From: Nitrospirota bacterium
Lineage (GTDB): Bacteria; Nitrospirota; Thermodesulfovibrionia; Thermodesulfovibrionales; JdFR-86
Assembly: GCA_963721805.1 (NCBI GenBank)
Contig: CAVRJY010000004.1
Location: 128,001-192,000 of the forward strand
Length of the DNA stretch: 64,000 nt
Direction of reading: 5' to 3'
The notes under the pieces were generated by a model that saw only the letters and a list, made by a program, of their open reading frames with translations, ran no database searches and had not been told where the DNA came from. The position numbers were made by a program, and so were the translations under genes. Shown here piece by piece: positions 38,650 to 47,998 of this stretch. Numbering within the stretch: the stretch's first letter is position 1; every line of letters starts with the position of its first letter.

Positions 38650-39024
38650 ATGCTAGAACTCAACGGAATCTACAAATGCGACGTATGCGGCAATATGGTC
38701 GAGGTCGTGCGCGCCAAGGACGGCGAGCTCGTATGCTGCGGCAAGCCTATGGTCCTACTCGTGGCCAACACCGTGGACGCATCGAAGGAAAAACACGTCC
38801 CGGTGATCGAGAAGACCGCCACGGGCGTGAAGATCAAGGTCGGCTCGGCCCCGCACCCGATGGAGGAGAAGCACTACATCGAGTGGATCGAGTGCATCGC
38901 GGACGGCGTGGTGCACAGGAAGTACCTCAAACCGGGCGACGCCCCGGAGGCGGAGTTCTGCGTCTCGGCCAAGCAGATCACGGCACGCGAGCACTGCAAT
39001 CTGCACGGGCTCTGGAAGGCCTGA
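38650..39024 (+). CDS. dfx: Desulfoferrodoxin (2Fe superoxide reductase)
   Basis: YKCDVCGN...CCG, EKHVP, HPM...HYI and CNLHG. Confidence 0.95.
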   Translation: MLELNGIYKCDVCGNMVEVVRAKDGELVCCGKPMVLLVANTVDASKEKHVPVIEKTATGVKIKVGSAPHPMEEKHYIEWIECIADGVVHRKYLKPGDAPEAEFCVSAKQITAREHCNLHGLWKA

Positions 39025-39114
39025 CAGCCTCCTTTCCCTTTAAAGGCACGCGGTGGCCCGGATTATGCATTAGATTTCGTGTGCGGTTAAGGTTCTAAGA
39101 AAAGGAGAACAATC

Positions 39115-39267
39115 ATGGGTACCATACTGCTTGTCATCCTGATCCTCATGTTGATCGGAGCACTTCCGACATGGCCACACAGTAAGAGTTGGGGATACTA
39201 CCCCAGCGGCGGACTCGGATTGATCCTTCTGATCCTGCTCATCCTGCTGCTGCTTGGGCGGATATGA
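39115..39267 (+). CDS. DUF3309-family small membrane protein (50 aa)
   Basis: Not in the ORF track. MGTILLVILILMLIGALPTWPHSKSWGYYPSGGLGLILLILLILLLLGRI with an AGGAG SD. Confidence 0.88.
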   Translation: MGTILLVILILMLIGALPTWPHSKSWGYYPSGGLGLILLILLILLLLGRI

Positions 39268-39294
39268 AGATGAAGTGAGACCGTATTTGCGGTG

Positions 39295-39493
39295 AAAGCG
39301 CTCCAAATCGCTTGATGCTGCGTTGGACTTCAAAGACTCGCCCTCTATGAACGCCCAAGTACACCATCGGGGTGCCACGGGCACCTCTTTCCAAGGAGAG
39401 GGGCCAACCGGCCCCCCTTGCCTGAAGACGATTTGGGCGCGCTTTCGGGGGGCACGGAAGAAGGTCGCCCCCAGCGCCCCGGTGGTCAAAAGC
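39295..39493 (-). repeat. Palindromic element copy 8
   Basis: Same arms and head, with extra small hairpins in one arm. Confidence 0.88.
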
Positions 39494-39799
39494 TTTGATA
39501 AGAATTGCCGCCATGCGTTCGCATCGGGGCTGGCACAGGCGATTACATTGCTTGCAGTGCTCAGTTTGGTAATATGCATTGGTGGACCTGTATTATTTGT
39601 CTGCGGTCATTAAGCAATTATTGATTGGTCTAATACTCTTACCGCCCTCCCCATGGATATATTCCTCAGGGCGTTTTTTTGCGCTCTAGCGGATTCTATT
39701 CTGTCTATCTATTGCGCTGACGATTACTTGAGAAATCCTAGCGCGCCATGCTTCCCTTCTTTGCGGGAACAAGTTACAATAGAGCATATGGAGGTGTGT

Positions 39800-40102
39800 A
39801 TGGCCGATTCGCTGACTGAAATACGCACAGAGCTCAAGAGACACAAACGGGAAATCATCAGGAAGTACAAGGTGCGGGAGATCGGCATCTTCGGCTCCTT
39901 TGTCCGCGGTGAGCAAAAAACGAGAAGCGATGTCGACGTGCTGGTTGAATTCGATGAGGAGGATATACCGAGCCTCCTTGAGTTCATTGCCTTTGAGCGG
40001 CACCTGGCTGACATCCTCCACAAGAAAGTGGATTTAGTCCGCAAAGAGGCAATCCGCCCTGAGTTACGGGAGGACATCATGCGGGAAGTTGTCTACATTT
40101 GA
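39800..40102 (+). CDS. MNT (minimal nucleotidyltransferase) antitoxin
   Basis: GSFVRGEQ..RSDVDVLVEF (GSx10DxD) and VDLV. GGAGG SD. Confidence 0.92.
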   Translation: MADSLTEIRTELKRHKREIIRKYKVREIGIFGSFVRGEQKTRSDVDVLVEFDEEDIPSLLEFIAFERHLADILHKKVDLVRKEAIRPELREDIMREVVYI

Positions 40103-40437
40103 AGCGGGATTACAAGCTCTTTGTACAGGACATCCTCGATGCCATAAAGCGCATAGAGGAGTTTGTGGGCGAGATGAGCTTTGAGGAATTCATTGCCGAT
40201 GCTAAAACAGCGAGCGCCACAGTCTTACAGGTTCAGATTATCGGAGAAGCTACAAAGAATATTCCCGCAAAACTCAGGAACCGGTATGCCGGCATCCCCT
40301 GGAAAGATATGGCCGCCATGCGGGATAAGGTAACACATTTCTATTTCGGGGTTGACTATAAAATCGTCTGGCGGGTAATTAAAAAGGACTTGCCTGTTAT
40401 CAGGCCTCAGATAGAAAGAATTCTCGCTGAACTATAG
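40099..40437 (+). CDS. HEPN (DUF86/HepT) RNase toxin
   Basis: IIGEA...IPWKDMAAMRDKVTHFYFGVD (Rx4H). Overlaps the MNT stop codon. Confidence 0.92.
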   Translation: MKRDYKLFVQDILDAIKRIEEFVGEMSFEEFIADAKTASATVLQVQIIGEATKNIPAKLRNRYAGIPWKDMAAMRDKVTHFYFGVDYKIVWRVIKKDLPVIRPQIERILAEL

Positions 40438-40475
40438 TATCTGCTACTTAAACTGTTACTCCTGCGCGCCCCTAC

Positions 40476-41016
40476 ATTAACTAAAGTTAGCCGTAAGTTA
40501 GTAGAAAACGCACAGGCATCAATTTTTCCTATCAACTTTGGTTTATATATAAACCAAAGTTTGGCGTCCTTTGGTGTATAGTGGTGCGATGAGCATGATA
40601 GGATCATATTTGATGGGCGGGGCAACAAAGGAAGCGGGCCTCAACGCGCGTTCGGAGGCAGGGTCTAAAACCGGGCGACATATCCGAACATCCGAACAGC
40701 GCCGGACTCGGAAAAGCAATGTTTTTCAGATGGTTATCCGCGTATTTGCCTCAAACATCCGAACACTTAAAATAAAACGCACGCGCGCGGAATGCGTAAC
40801 TATACCTAAGCGGGAACATCAGAACATGCCTTTGACCACGTGGGGCGCGGGGGGCGTCCTTCTTCCGTGCCCCCCGAAAGCGCGCCCAAATCGTCTTCAG
40901 ACAAGGGGGCAGTGGCCTCTCCGGGAGAAGACCCGGCACCCCGATGGTGTACTTGGGCGTACATAGAGGGCGAGTCTTTGAAGCCCAACGCAGTATCAAG
41001 CGATTTGGTGCGCTTT
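40476..41016 (+). repeat. Palindromic element copy 9 (core 40826..41016) with long 5' extension
   Basis: Homologous to 19017..19528. Perfect 28-bp palindrome at 40534..40561. Confidence 0.9.
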
Positions 41017-41024
41017 GAAAGAAG

Positions 41025-42707
41025 CTACTTAATCAGCTTCATGCCTTGTACTGCGCGCAAATGGAGGGTTTGGAGTTTCAAGGCCCGCTCAAAGCTCACC
41101 TTCGCGCGAAGCGGCATGCCGAGCGCCACGTAAACGTGTCCGATCTCGGCCTGATAGTCGGGGTTTGCGGGGTCCAGCGCTATGGCCCTCTGCAACGCGC
41201 GCTCGGCCTCTTTGTGCCTGCCCAGCCGCGTGAGCGACAGGCCGTACGCATAATGGTATTTCACTACGGCATCGTTGAGCGCCACGGCCTCCTTAAAACA
41301 GTCCGCGGCCTCGGCCTGCCTGCCCTTTTTCCAGTTGGCCTCGCCTTCAACGAACTTCGCGTCGGCCTTGTACACGTCGCCGGAGCCGGCGGCGCTCGTG
41401 CTGCCGTCATATTCGCGCCTGGCCTCCTGGTCCATCAGGGTGGAGTAGGACTTGGTCAGGAAGTTAAAGACGCTTTCGAGTTTTTTCCTCGCATCAGGCG
41501 GAAGATAGAAGTGGCGGTCGGGGTGGAAGGCCTTGCCTTTAAGGTAGTACGCGCGTTCTATCTCGGCGGGCGTGGCATCGCGCTGCACGCCGAGCGCGCC
41601 GTAATAGCCCAGCGAGCCCAGGTTCGCGCACATGAACTCCAGCTCGGGCATGAAAGCGGAGGGGTCGACCTGGTATGGCTGGCCCACCACGATATCCTCT
41701 ATCGTCGGCGTATAGTGGCGATCGAACTGCTCGCCGGCCCCGATATGGTCGATCGTGCGGGTGCTGAGCAGGGCGTATACAGTCTGGTACGTGCGGAGTT
41801 CCCCAAGGGGAGAGGCCGCCATGACCTCCTGCATCGTGCGTCTGCCGTCTATCAGGGTGAGCAGCGCGCGTTCGTCGTCCCCAAGGACGACCGCCTGAAA
41901 GAGGTTCAGCGGCTCGGTCGAGATTATAAGGACCGAATCCGGGGGAGGGCAGAGCGAGGAAAGCCGCCCGGTGTCTGTAATCCGCCTGATGCCGACGCGG
42001 GTGATGTTGCCGATCTGGAGGCTCAGGCCCTCGGCCCTGCCCATCGGGACGTTGCCGTCGCGGTAGTTGAAGTCCGCCTCCTCGAGCCCGAAGAGCCCGG
42101 TGATTATCGACTCGATATTGGCCAGGACGACCGCGTCAGCCTCGGTGGAGTCCATCACCCTCATCTCGACGAGCACCGCCTGCGGCCGCTTCCTCATGTT
42201 GATGACCGCGTCGTTGGCCCTCATGTACCTGGGCCTGTCGATGCGGCCCCACTCCAGCAGCATGTCGAGGAGCCTGTCCTGCTGGGCGTTGGATGTCGCG
42301 TGCACGATGTCGGAGTTCTCGAAGAACACGGACTTCTGGATCGGGCCGGATGTCACGTTCAGCACCCCGGTCAGCCCCCGGCGCTGAAGGCCGAGCATGA
42401 CGTCCGCGAAATTATAGTACTTGAGGCTGCCCTGAAGCACGCCCTGCTTCCTGATGCCGGCAAGCAGCAGCCCGTCGGGCCCCCTGCGTATCCAGACGAC
42501 CTTGCCCGCGCCGCTGAGCTTCTTGTGCTCCGGCAGCTCAACCATGAGCGTATCGCCGAGCTTCAGAGGCGGCACGCCCCTGATCCCGAGCTTAATGCCG
42601 TCGAAGGCGTAGTCTAACAGCGTGGCGTGGAATGGCTTGCCCTGGATCGGGAGCTGGAAGTCGTACCTGAGTTCATGCCTCGTGAATGATCGCTTGTCCT
42701 TGAGCAT
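41025..42707 (-). CDS. PilZ-like + DUF4388-like + DnaJ + TPR multidomain protein
   Basis: N-terminal RSFTR/DYAFDG, GSL...TGVL segment, J-domain YYGALGV...FHPDR, and C-terminal TPRs. Confidence 0.75.
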   Translation of the reverse strand: MLKDKRSFTRHELRYDFQLPIQGKPFHATLLDYAFDGIKLGIRGVPPLKLGDTLMVELPEHKKLSGAGKVVWIRRGPDGLLLAGIRKQGVLQGSLKYYNFADVMLGLQRRGLTGVLNVTSGPIQKSVFFENSDIVHATSNAQQDRLLDMLLEWGRIDRPRYMRANDAVINMRKRPQAVLVEMRVMDSTEADAVVLANIESIITGLFGLEEADFNYRDGNVPMGRAEGLSLQIGNITRVGIRRITDTGRLSSLCPPPDSVLIISTEPLNLFQAVVLGDDERALLTLIDGRRTMQEVMAASPLGELRTYQTVYALLSTRTIDHIGAGEQFDRHYTPTIEDIVVGQPYQVDPSAFMPELEFMCANLGSLGYYGALGVQRDATPAEIERAYYLKGKAFHPDRHFYLPPDARKKLESVFNFLTKSYSTLMDQEARREYDGSTSAAGSGDVYKADAKFVEGEANWKKGRQAEAADCFKEAVALNDAVVKYHYAYGLSLTRLGRHKEAERALQRAIALDPANPDYQAEIGHVYVALGMPLRAKVSFERALKLQTLHLRAVQGMKLIK

Positions 42708-42789
42708 GCCTATGTCATTATCGCATAAGGGCGCGCGGCTTTGCCAAGCCAAGTATGAAATCACAGCTTGAGCGGTGTTAGTATAAGCA

Positions 42790-43098
42790 ATGCAACGCTT
42801 CATACCCGAGGCCTCGGACGAGGAAATAAGGCGCGAGAAGGCCCGCGCCCGCGAGCTCCGGTCCACCCCCTGGTGGAAGCGCAAGTGCGCCTCGGGCCGG
42901 TGTCACTACTGCGGCGGAACGTTCAAGCCCTCGGAGCTGACGATGGACCACCTCGTGCCGGTCGTGCGCGGCGGCAAGTCCGTCAAGGCCAACCTGGTGC
43001 CATCGTGCAAGGACTGCAACAACAAAAAGAAATACCTGCTGCCGTCGGAGTGGGAAGAGTACCTCGAAAGGCTCAAGGACGAGGAGATACCGGACTAG
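42790..43098 (+). CDS. Small HNH endonuclease-family protein
   Basis: CHYC...MDHLVP..RGG....NLVPSCKDCN. Confidence 0.9.
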   Translation: MQRFIPEASDEEIRREKARARELRSTPWWKRKCASGRCHYCGGTFKPSELTMDHLVPVVRGGKSVKANLVPSCKDCNNKKKYLLPSEWEEYLERLKDEEIPD

Positions 43099-43820
43099 GC
43101 CGTCCGCACTACGGATCCGCCCGGCACAAGGGCAATCAGCTTCGCCATCGCCTCGTCAACCACGGCCGCGTCGGTGCCCTCTATAGTGACGATCACCTTA
43201 TAGTCCGGCAGCCCGAGCTTGGGGTACGAGCCCACAGAGAGCATCGGATACCGGGCCGCGACCTCGGTGATGCTCGGGGCGAGCAAGCACTCCTCCTCGC
43301 TCAGATACACCTGCCTGAGCACGAACGGGCGCGAGCGGAACCGCTCGCGGAGCGCATGGAACTTGCGCCTGAGGTACTCCGGTATGCCGGGGAATATGTA
43401 GACGTTGCGCATCACCACGGGCGGAAACCGCGAGCCCTCGGCCTCGACTATCTCCGAGCCCTCCGGGACCTCGGCCATCTTGCGCACCGCCTCGTCGGCT
43501 GGTCCGTCGCACAGCCCGCAGAGCCGCTCGAGCAGCCCCGCGTCCGCCACCGTGGCCACGCCGAATGCCCTCGCCACTCCCTCCATCGTCACGTCGTCGT
43601 GCGTAGGGCCGACGCCGCCCGAGGTGAAGACGAAGTCGTACGCGCCGGAGCAGTCCGCGACCTCTGCCGCGATTACGTCGATCTCGTCCGGGATCACAGC
43701 GATGCGGCGCAGGTCGACGCCCAGCTCGCGCAGCTCCGAGGCGAGAAACGGCGAGTTGCAGTCCGCGACCTTCCCGGAGAGGACCTCGTTACCTATTATT
43801 ATGACCGCGGCTGTCTTCAT
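43095..43820 (-). CDS. Molybdopterin-binding (CinA N-terminal-like) protein
   Basis: IGNEVLSG..D.N, SGGVGPTHDD.T, FPGIP and GSYP. Confidence 0.88.
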   Translation of the reverse strand: MKTAAVIIIGNEVLSGKVADCNSPFLASELRELGVDLRRIAVIPDEIDVIAAEVADCSGAYDFVFTSGGVGPTHDDVTMEGVARAFGVATVADAGLLERLCGLCDGPADEAVRKMAEVPEGSEIVEAEGSRFPPVVMRNVYIFPGIPEYLRRKFHALRERFRSRPFVLRQVYLSEEECLLAPSITEVAARYPMLSVGSYPKLGLPDYKVIVTIEGTDAAVVDEAMAKLIALVPGGSVVRTA

Positions 43821-43856
43821 GGCGATGGGAAAAGTATACCACAGGTATGCGGCGTG

Positions 43857-44642
43857 CTAGACGGGGTTGATGAAGGCCGCGAAGATCCTGTTTTTAGGCA
43901 TGTGCGCGACCGGGTCTTTCTCCGCGACCACGCGCGCGTCGCGGCCGTTCGTCAGGACGTCGACGATGCGGTCGAGCGACTTCTGGTGCAGCGCGGCCAG
44001 CTTCTTCTTCCGCGCGCCCTGTGTGACCCATCCCAGCTCGACCATGTCCATCATGCGGCCCGTCGTATGGTGCAGGAACGAGAGCGCGACCGAACCCTTG
44101 TATATCGCGGCGTTGGTCGTGAAGGTGAATATCACAGGGTCGATCGAGCGGCCGAGGAACTCGTCACCCCGGCGCCGGACCTTGCGGCTGATGGCCATAG
44201 CGCTCAGCCAGAGCATCGGGTGCACCGCGCTGTCGGCCCTGATCTCCTTGATCGCATGGCCAAGCCCCCGGTCGCCCTCGGTGAACTTGCCGTGGGCCAC
44301 GGTGTCCGCGGCGAGGTGGCTCAGATACCCGTAGCAAAACGCGCGCTCCGCGTCCGTCCCGGCCGACTCCAGCAGCCGGAAGCCGGTCTCCCAGCTATGC
44401 GAGTGGACGTCGTCCTCCATGTACTTCTTGGCGAGGACGGTGTCGGCCATGAGGTTGCCGTAGAGGAAATCCTGGCGGAATTTCTTGATCAGGCGGTAGA
44501 CGCCCGCCGGAAGGAGCGAGCCGAGGTAGAAGACCTCGGTGCCCAGGTACATATGAGTTAGCGGGCCCCACGCGAAGGCTAAGGCTGGCAGAGCCACGAT
44601 CCAAAGCACAACGATGAAGATTAAACCTAGTTTGTTGCGCAT
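43857..44642 (-). CDS. Zinc-dependent phospholipase C-family protein
   Basis: Signal peptide then AWGPLTH, HSH and GYLSHLAADTVAH. The longer ORF to 45059 only reads through the repeat. Confidence 0.85.
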   Translation of the reverse strand: MRNKLGLIFIVVLWIVALPALAFAWGPLTHMYLGTEVFYLGSLLPAGVYRLIKKFRQDFLYGNLMADTVLAKKYMEDDVHSHSWETGFRLLESAGTDAERAFCYGYLSHLAADTVAHGKFTEGDRGLGHAIKEIRADSAVHPMLWLSAMAISRKVRRRGDEFLGRSIDPVIFTFTTNAAIYKGSVALSFLHHTTGRMMDMVELGWVTQGARKKKLAALHQKSLDRIVDVLTNGRDARVVAEKDPVAHMPKNRIFAAFINPV

Positions 44643-44687
44643 GTTGTAGTTTAACAATTCGGCCCCCGCCAGTACAAACAGGGGGTG

Positions 44688-45100
44688 AAAGCGCTCCAAA
44701 TCGCTTGATACTGCGTTGGGCTGCGAAGACTCGCCCTCTATGTACGTCACATCAGTCCGCTTGGTCAAGCGTCCGGGGCTTTCTACAAAGCGCTCCAAAT
44801 CGCTTGATACGTCGTTGGGTTGCGAAGACTCGCCCTCTATGTACGCCCAAGTACACCATCGGGCGGTCTTCTCGCCCCGCCTTGTCTGAAGCCGATTTGG
44901 GCGCGCTTTCGGGGGGCACGGACGAAGGACGCCCCCCGCGCCCCACAAGGTCAAAGGTATTGATATATATACATACTTATCGCGTGCGCGTGCGCGCGCG
45001 CATATTTTAGAGCGTTCAAGTGAACGTGCCGGTCGCGCCTCTAACCCCTTGGAAAACATCGTTTATTCGGCCTCCCCCATGTTCATGCGTTCAGAAACGT
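44688..45100 (-). repeat. Palindromic element copy 10 (full 44787..44961 + half copy 44688..44786) with diverged extension
   Basis: Same 1.5-copy arrangement as 61266..61538. The extension shares AAACGATGTTTTCCA.GGG and CGCG runs with copy 5. Confidence 0.88.
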
Positions 45101-45193
45101 TTTCCGCGCATGATAAGCCCTCCTGTAGTCGTATTTTATACGGAGAACTCTCTCTGCGCATGGCCTAGTTTTCAGGGGTAAGATCGACAGGAA

Positions 45194-45460
45194 TCACTCT
45201 GTTCGACAAATCCGATAGAATCCTGTTTCTACTCGGTCGGCACTATCACGGGCAGGGTAAAGAGATGGCGCAATGGGGATATGGTGCAGCGATGGGCGGT
45301 TTCCGCATTGTTTTGGGCCGAGAGCAAGTTCAAGCGCATAAAGGGCTACACTCAAATACCATCGTTACTGGTTGCCCTTGCAAAGAAGAATATTGACAGA
45401 AAGTAGCTGGCGGCGTAAGCTAATGCAGTTGAGTCCTTAGAGCTTCAACGGAAGCAAGGG
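45194..45460 (+). pseudogene. IS256-family transposase C-terminal remnant and right end
   Basis: My translation reads SLCSTNPIESCF...RVKRWRNGDMVQRWAVSALFWAESKFKRIKGY..., typical of an IS256/Mutator C-terminus. Confidence 0.8.
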
Positions 45461-45497
45461 CATGGGCTGCAGATATTATTCCAGAAAGGAGGTATTC

Positions 45498-45719
45498 ATG
45501 ACAAAGCTAATTCGTATTTTCACCATGAAAAAAGCTATATTCATTCTCGCGATAGCCAGCTTAACGGTCGGTTACTTACTGATCACGCACACGCATGCGT
45601 CGGCCGGTGGCCATGACCAACTTTGTCTAGACAACTATAATCAATGCATAAAAGGTTGTGATGGAGCGACATCATGCAGCAATCAATGCAAAACTAACTA
45701 CGACGCTTGTATGCGTTAA
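45498..45719 (+). CDS. Small secreted six-cysteine peptide
   Basis: AGGAGG SD, signal peptide ending ASA, and C-X6-C-X3-C-X5-C-X3-C-X6-C. Confidence 0.75.
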   Translation: MTKLIRIFTMKKAIFILAIASLTVGYLLITHTHASAGGHDQLCLDNYNQCIKGCDGATSCSNQCKTNYDACMR

Positions 45720-45769
45720 TGAATCAAATACTCAGTTTCCCCAAATCTAGGGGGTGGAGTCTCAAGCGA

Positions 45770-45953
45770 GACTTTGCCCCCTACCTTCTTTTGACAAGCC
45801 ATGTAGGTAAGTCTGGAATCTTGGATACGACGCAAAAAAAAGATAATGCCGTATAAATTAAACTTGCAAATAAAACATTGACAGGAAGAAACTTGCGGTG
45901 TAATCTAATGGCGATTGAGTCCGAGGGATCTAAACGGAATCTGGGGCAAAGTC
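45770..45953 (+). mobile_element. Possible IS256-derived miniature element carrying a promoter
   Basis: 11-bp inverted ends GACTTTGCCCC / GGGGCAAAGTC. Its right part resembles the IS256 end at 45393-45452. No target duplication seen. Confidence 0.45.
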
Positions 45954-45984
45954 CATAAAGTCCATCTTGAAGGAAGAGGTTCAT

Positions 45985-46590
45985 GTGAAAAGATATTTGT
46001 TTGTTGCGATACTTATCCTGCTATCAGGGTGTGCATCAACCCCGATAAGCCTGACAGGAGATGATCACATAATTGTTCCAGGAGAACGTGTCGGCCCCAT
46101 TCGTCTTGGCATGTCCGAGCAAGATTTGCTTAAGCTTGGAACGTCAGAAGGACCTTTTCCGTCACCGTTATACATAACGTCCCTATATGGTGGTGGATCG
46201 TCCTCTGGGATTCCAGGCATTCTATATAAATTTGGCGGAAAAATGATCTGGGTTTATTTGGAGCGAAGTAGCCATCGAGTCGTTCAGATAGACCTTGGTT
46301 ATCATGGTGATTGCGGTGTTTATCATACAGCAGAGCGTGTCAGTTGTGGGTCTTCAGACTATTACAGCATAGTTGGTGCGTTAGGCGATCCGGATAAGCG
46401 GCGTAACTGGGATTTTGGGCACCATCAATTGATGCGGATTACGTACTTTAACAGTATTCATTCACCCAGTTCATTGACAGTTTTTAATTTTGACCCTGGA
46501 AGTGATATGAGCGTAGCTCCCGTCGATAATCTGCAAGATATAAGTATGTTTGAAGGCGAGTATGGTAATTATTTTCGCGCTGGTAATTAG
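45985..46590 (+). CDS. Hypothetical lipoprotein
   Basis: MKRYLFVAILILLSGC lipobox, then IIVPGERVGPIRLGMS. Confidence 0.8.
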   Translation: MKRYLFVAILILLSGCASTPISLTGDDHIIVPGERVGPIRLGMSEQDLLKLGTSEGPFPSPLYITSLYGGGSSSGIPGILYKFGGKMIWVYLERSSHRVVQIDLGYHGDCGVYHTAERVSCGSSDYYSIVGALGDPDKRRNWDFGHHQLMRITYFNSIHSPSSLTVFNFDPGSDMSVAPVDNLQDISMFEGEYGNYFRAGN

Positions 46591-46752
46591 TAAATACTGC
46601 AAAGTTCCGCAACCCTCATGGCCAGATTTTGCACAAGCCCTACAAGGCTGCTGAGTGAAGAAAAACAATTCATCTCTAAAGTGGTATCAAGCATTACCTT
46701 AGGGATCCGGAAGTGGTGGTCAAAACAAGGCTCTTGATAAGCTCGTAATGAT

Positions 46753-46852
46753 AAGATAATGCTTTGCAAATAAAACTTGCAAATAAACATTGACAGGAAG
46801 AAACTTGCGGTGTAGTCTAATGGCGATTGAGTCCGAGGGACTTCAACGGAAT
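46753..46852 (+). repeat. ~100-bp direct repeat of 45840..45940 containing a sigma70 promoter
   Basis: Near-identical AACTTGCAAATAAA..CATTGACAGGAAGAAACTTGCGGTGTA.TCTAATGGCGATTGAGTCCGAGGGA. Confidence 0.85.
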
Positions 46853-46972
46853 ACAGGAGAAACCTTCAATTAACCAGCCAGAAATAGTACTTCCTGTTGA
46901 GTCAGGTATCGTACCTGTAGTCGTACCAGTTTCTGATTTTATTCAGGACTTAATAACTATGGAGGCTGCCCA

Positions 46973-47140
46973 ATGGCTAAAACTTATTTTGCACTCCTAT
47001 GTGTCTCGATAATAATGATATTGGCTGGATGTGCAAGCGTGACTAGCGTATCAGATGCTGATCTGCAAATGCGGCAACAAGCTGTGGCAAGAACGGATAG
47101 GCTTATCGTCCCCGGCGGGCAGGCGATGAGGATTTTGTAG
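46973..47140 (+). pseudogene. Truncated lipoprotein, paralog of 45985..46590
   Basis: Not in the ORF track. GGAGG SD, then MAKTYFALLCVSIIMILAGCAS...DRLIVPG and an early stop. Confidence 0.55.
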
Positions 47141-47411
47141 ATGATGCGGAAGAGTTATTTGATCTCCTCCAGCCTAGGGTCGCAATCTATGAGGAAACTC
47201 TCGCAAAGCACGGTTTAGAACTGCCATATCCGGGGCCAGTGATCGAGAAGAGTTAGAGCCATATTATCGATGGTTCGGGGACGAAGGACTAAGGGTAATC
47301 CGATACCGCATATTCTGGTTAGGGCCATTACAAGGACAAGATTATTGCCTCTATTTTTTGGAGTGCTGTTGTTGGCGAACTGAGTGACACATTCAACTTA
47401 AGGAGCTAAGG

Positions 47412-47936
47412 ATGTTTAGTAGTGGCGAGAGTAGAATACCGGACGTAACTACGCATAAGGGGTTAGCGCAAGCTCTCCGATGGGCTGAGGAAGCTGCAAA
47501 AACTCCAAACACAGAGGTGCAGTTCTCGGGGGTGAGGGCATGCGTATTAACAAATGTACAGATAGATTTTAATCTTTTCTATCGGCTCCTTAAAATCAAA
47601 CCAGGGCTGCCCCACAGCAAGGGTAGCCATTACATAAGACGAACGGTAGAATTCTCAGAAATTCTGGCTGAAAGAGGTATTGAGGACACAGCTGAAAACC
47701 GTCAGAAACTTGAAAATGATATTCATAACCTTATGTGTAGTATATCGATGAAGTCTGACAAAGGAGCGGCTATGTTCACGTTAATAGACAGGTATATTCG
47801 ACAGACGCATATAGTCCAGTTTGCAGCCTTTACATGCATTGATGATGTTGCTGCAAAGCTCCAAGAAACTGGAATGGATGCCCGGGATTACTTCAAGGTG
47901 CTTTTGAGCGCTTCCAAAAACCAGCCACTCTTTTGA
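47412..47936 (+). CDS. Hypothetical protein
   Basis: 174-aa ORF with an AGGAG SD in the AT-rich island. No motif recognised. Confidence 0.6.
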   Translation: MFSSGESRIPDVTTHKGLAQALRWAEEAAKTPNTEVQFSGVRACVLTNVQIDFNLFYRLLKIKPGLPHSKGSHYIRRTVEFSEILAERGIEDTAENRQKLENDIHNLMCSISMKSDKGAAMFTLIDRYIRQTHIVQFAAFTCIDDVAAKLQETGMDARDYFKVLLSASKNQPLF

Positions 47937-47998
47937 ACGCTAATACGGTTTAATCTTTTCACGCTGGATCATGCGCGACTCGGTGAAACCTCCTTTGT

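Noticed and set aside
42790..43098. HNH protein as a mobile or defence nuclease linked to the repeats
   Set aside because: Host-like GC and codon pattern, outside the bracketed islands; it looks like the common small chromosomal HNH protein.
44688..44961. Tandem repeats here and at 61266-61538 as a CRISPR array
   Set aside because: Only two units, the intervening sequence is itself conserved between loci, and there are no cas genes in the window.
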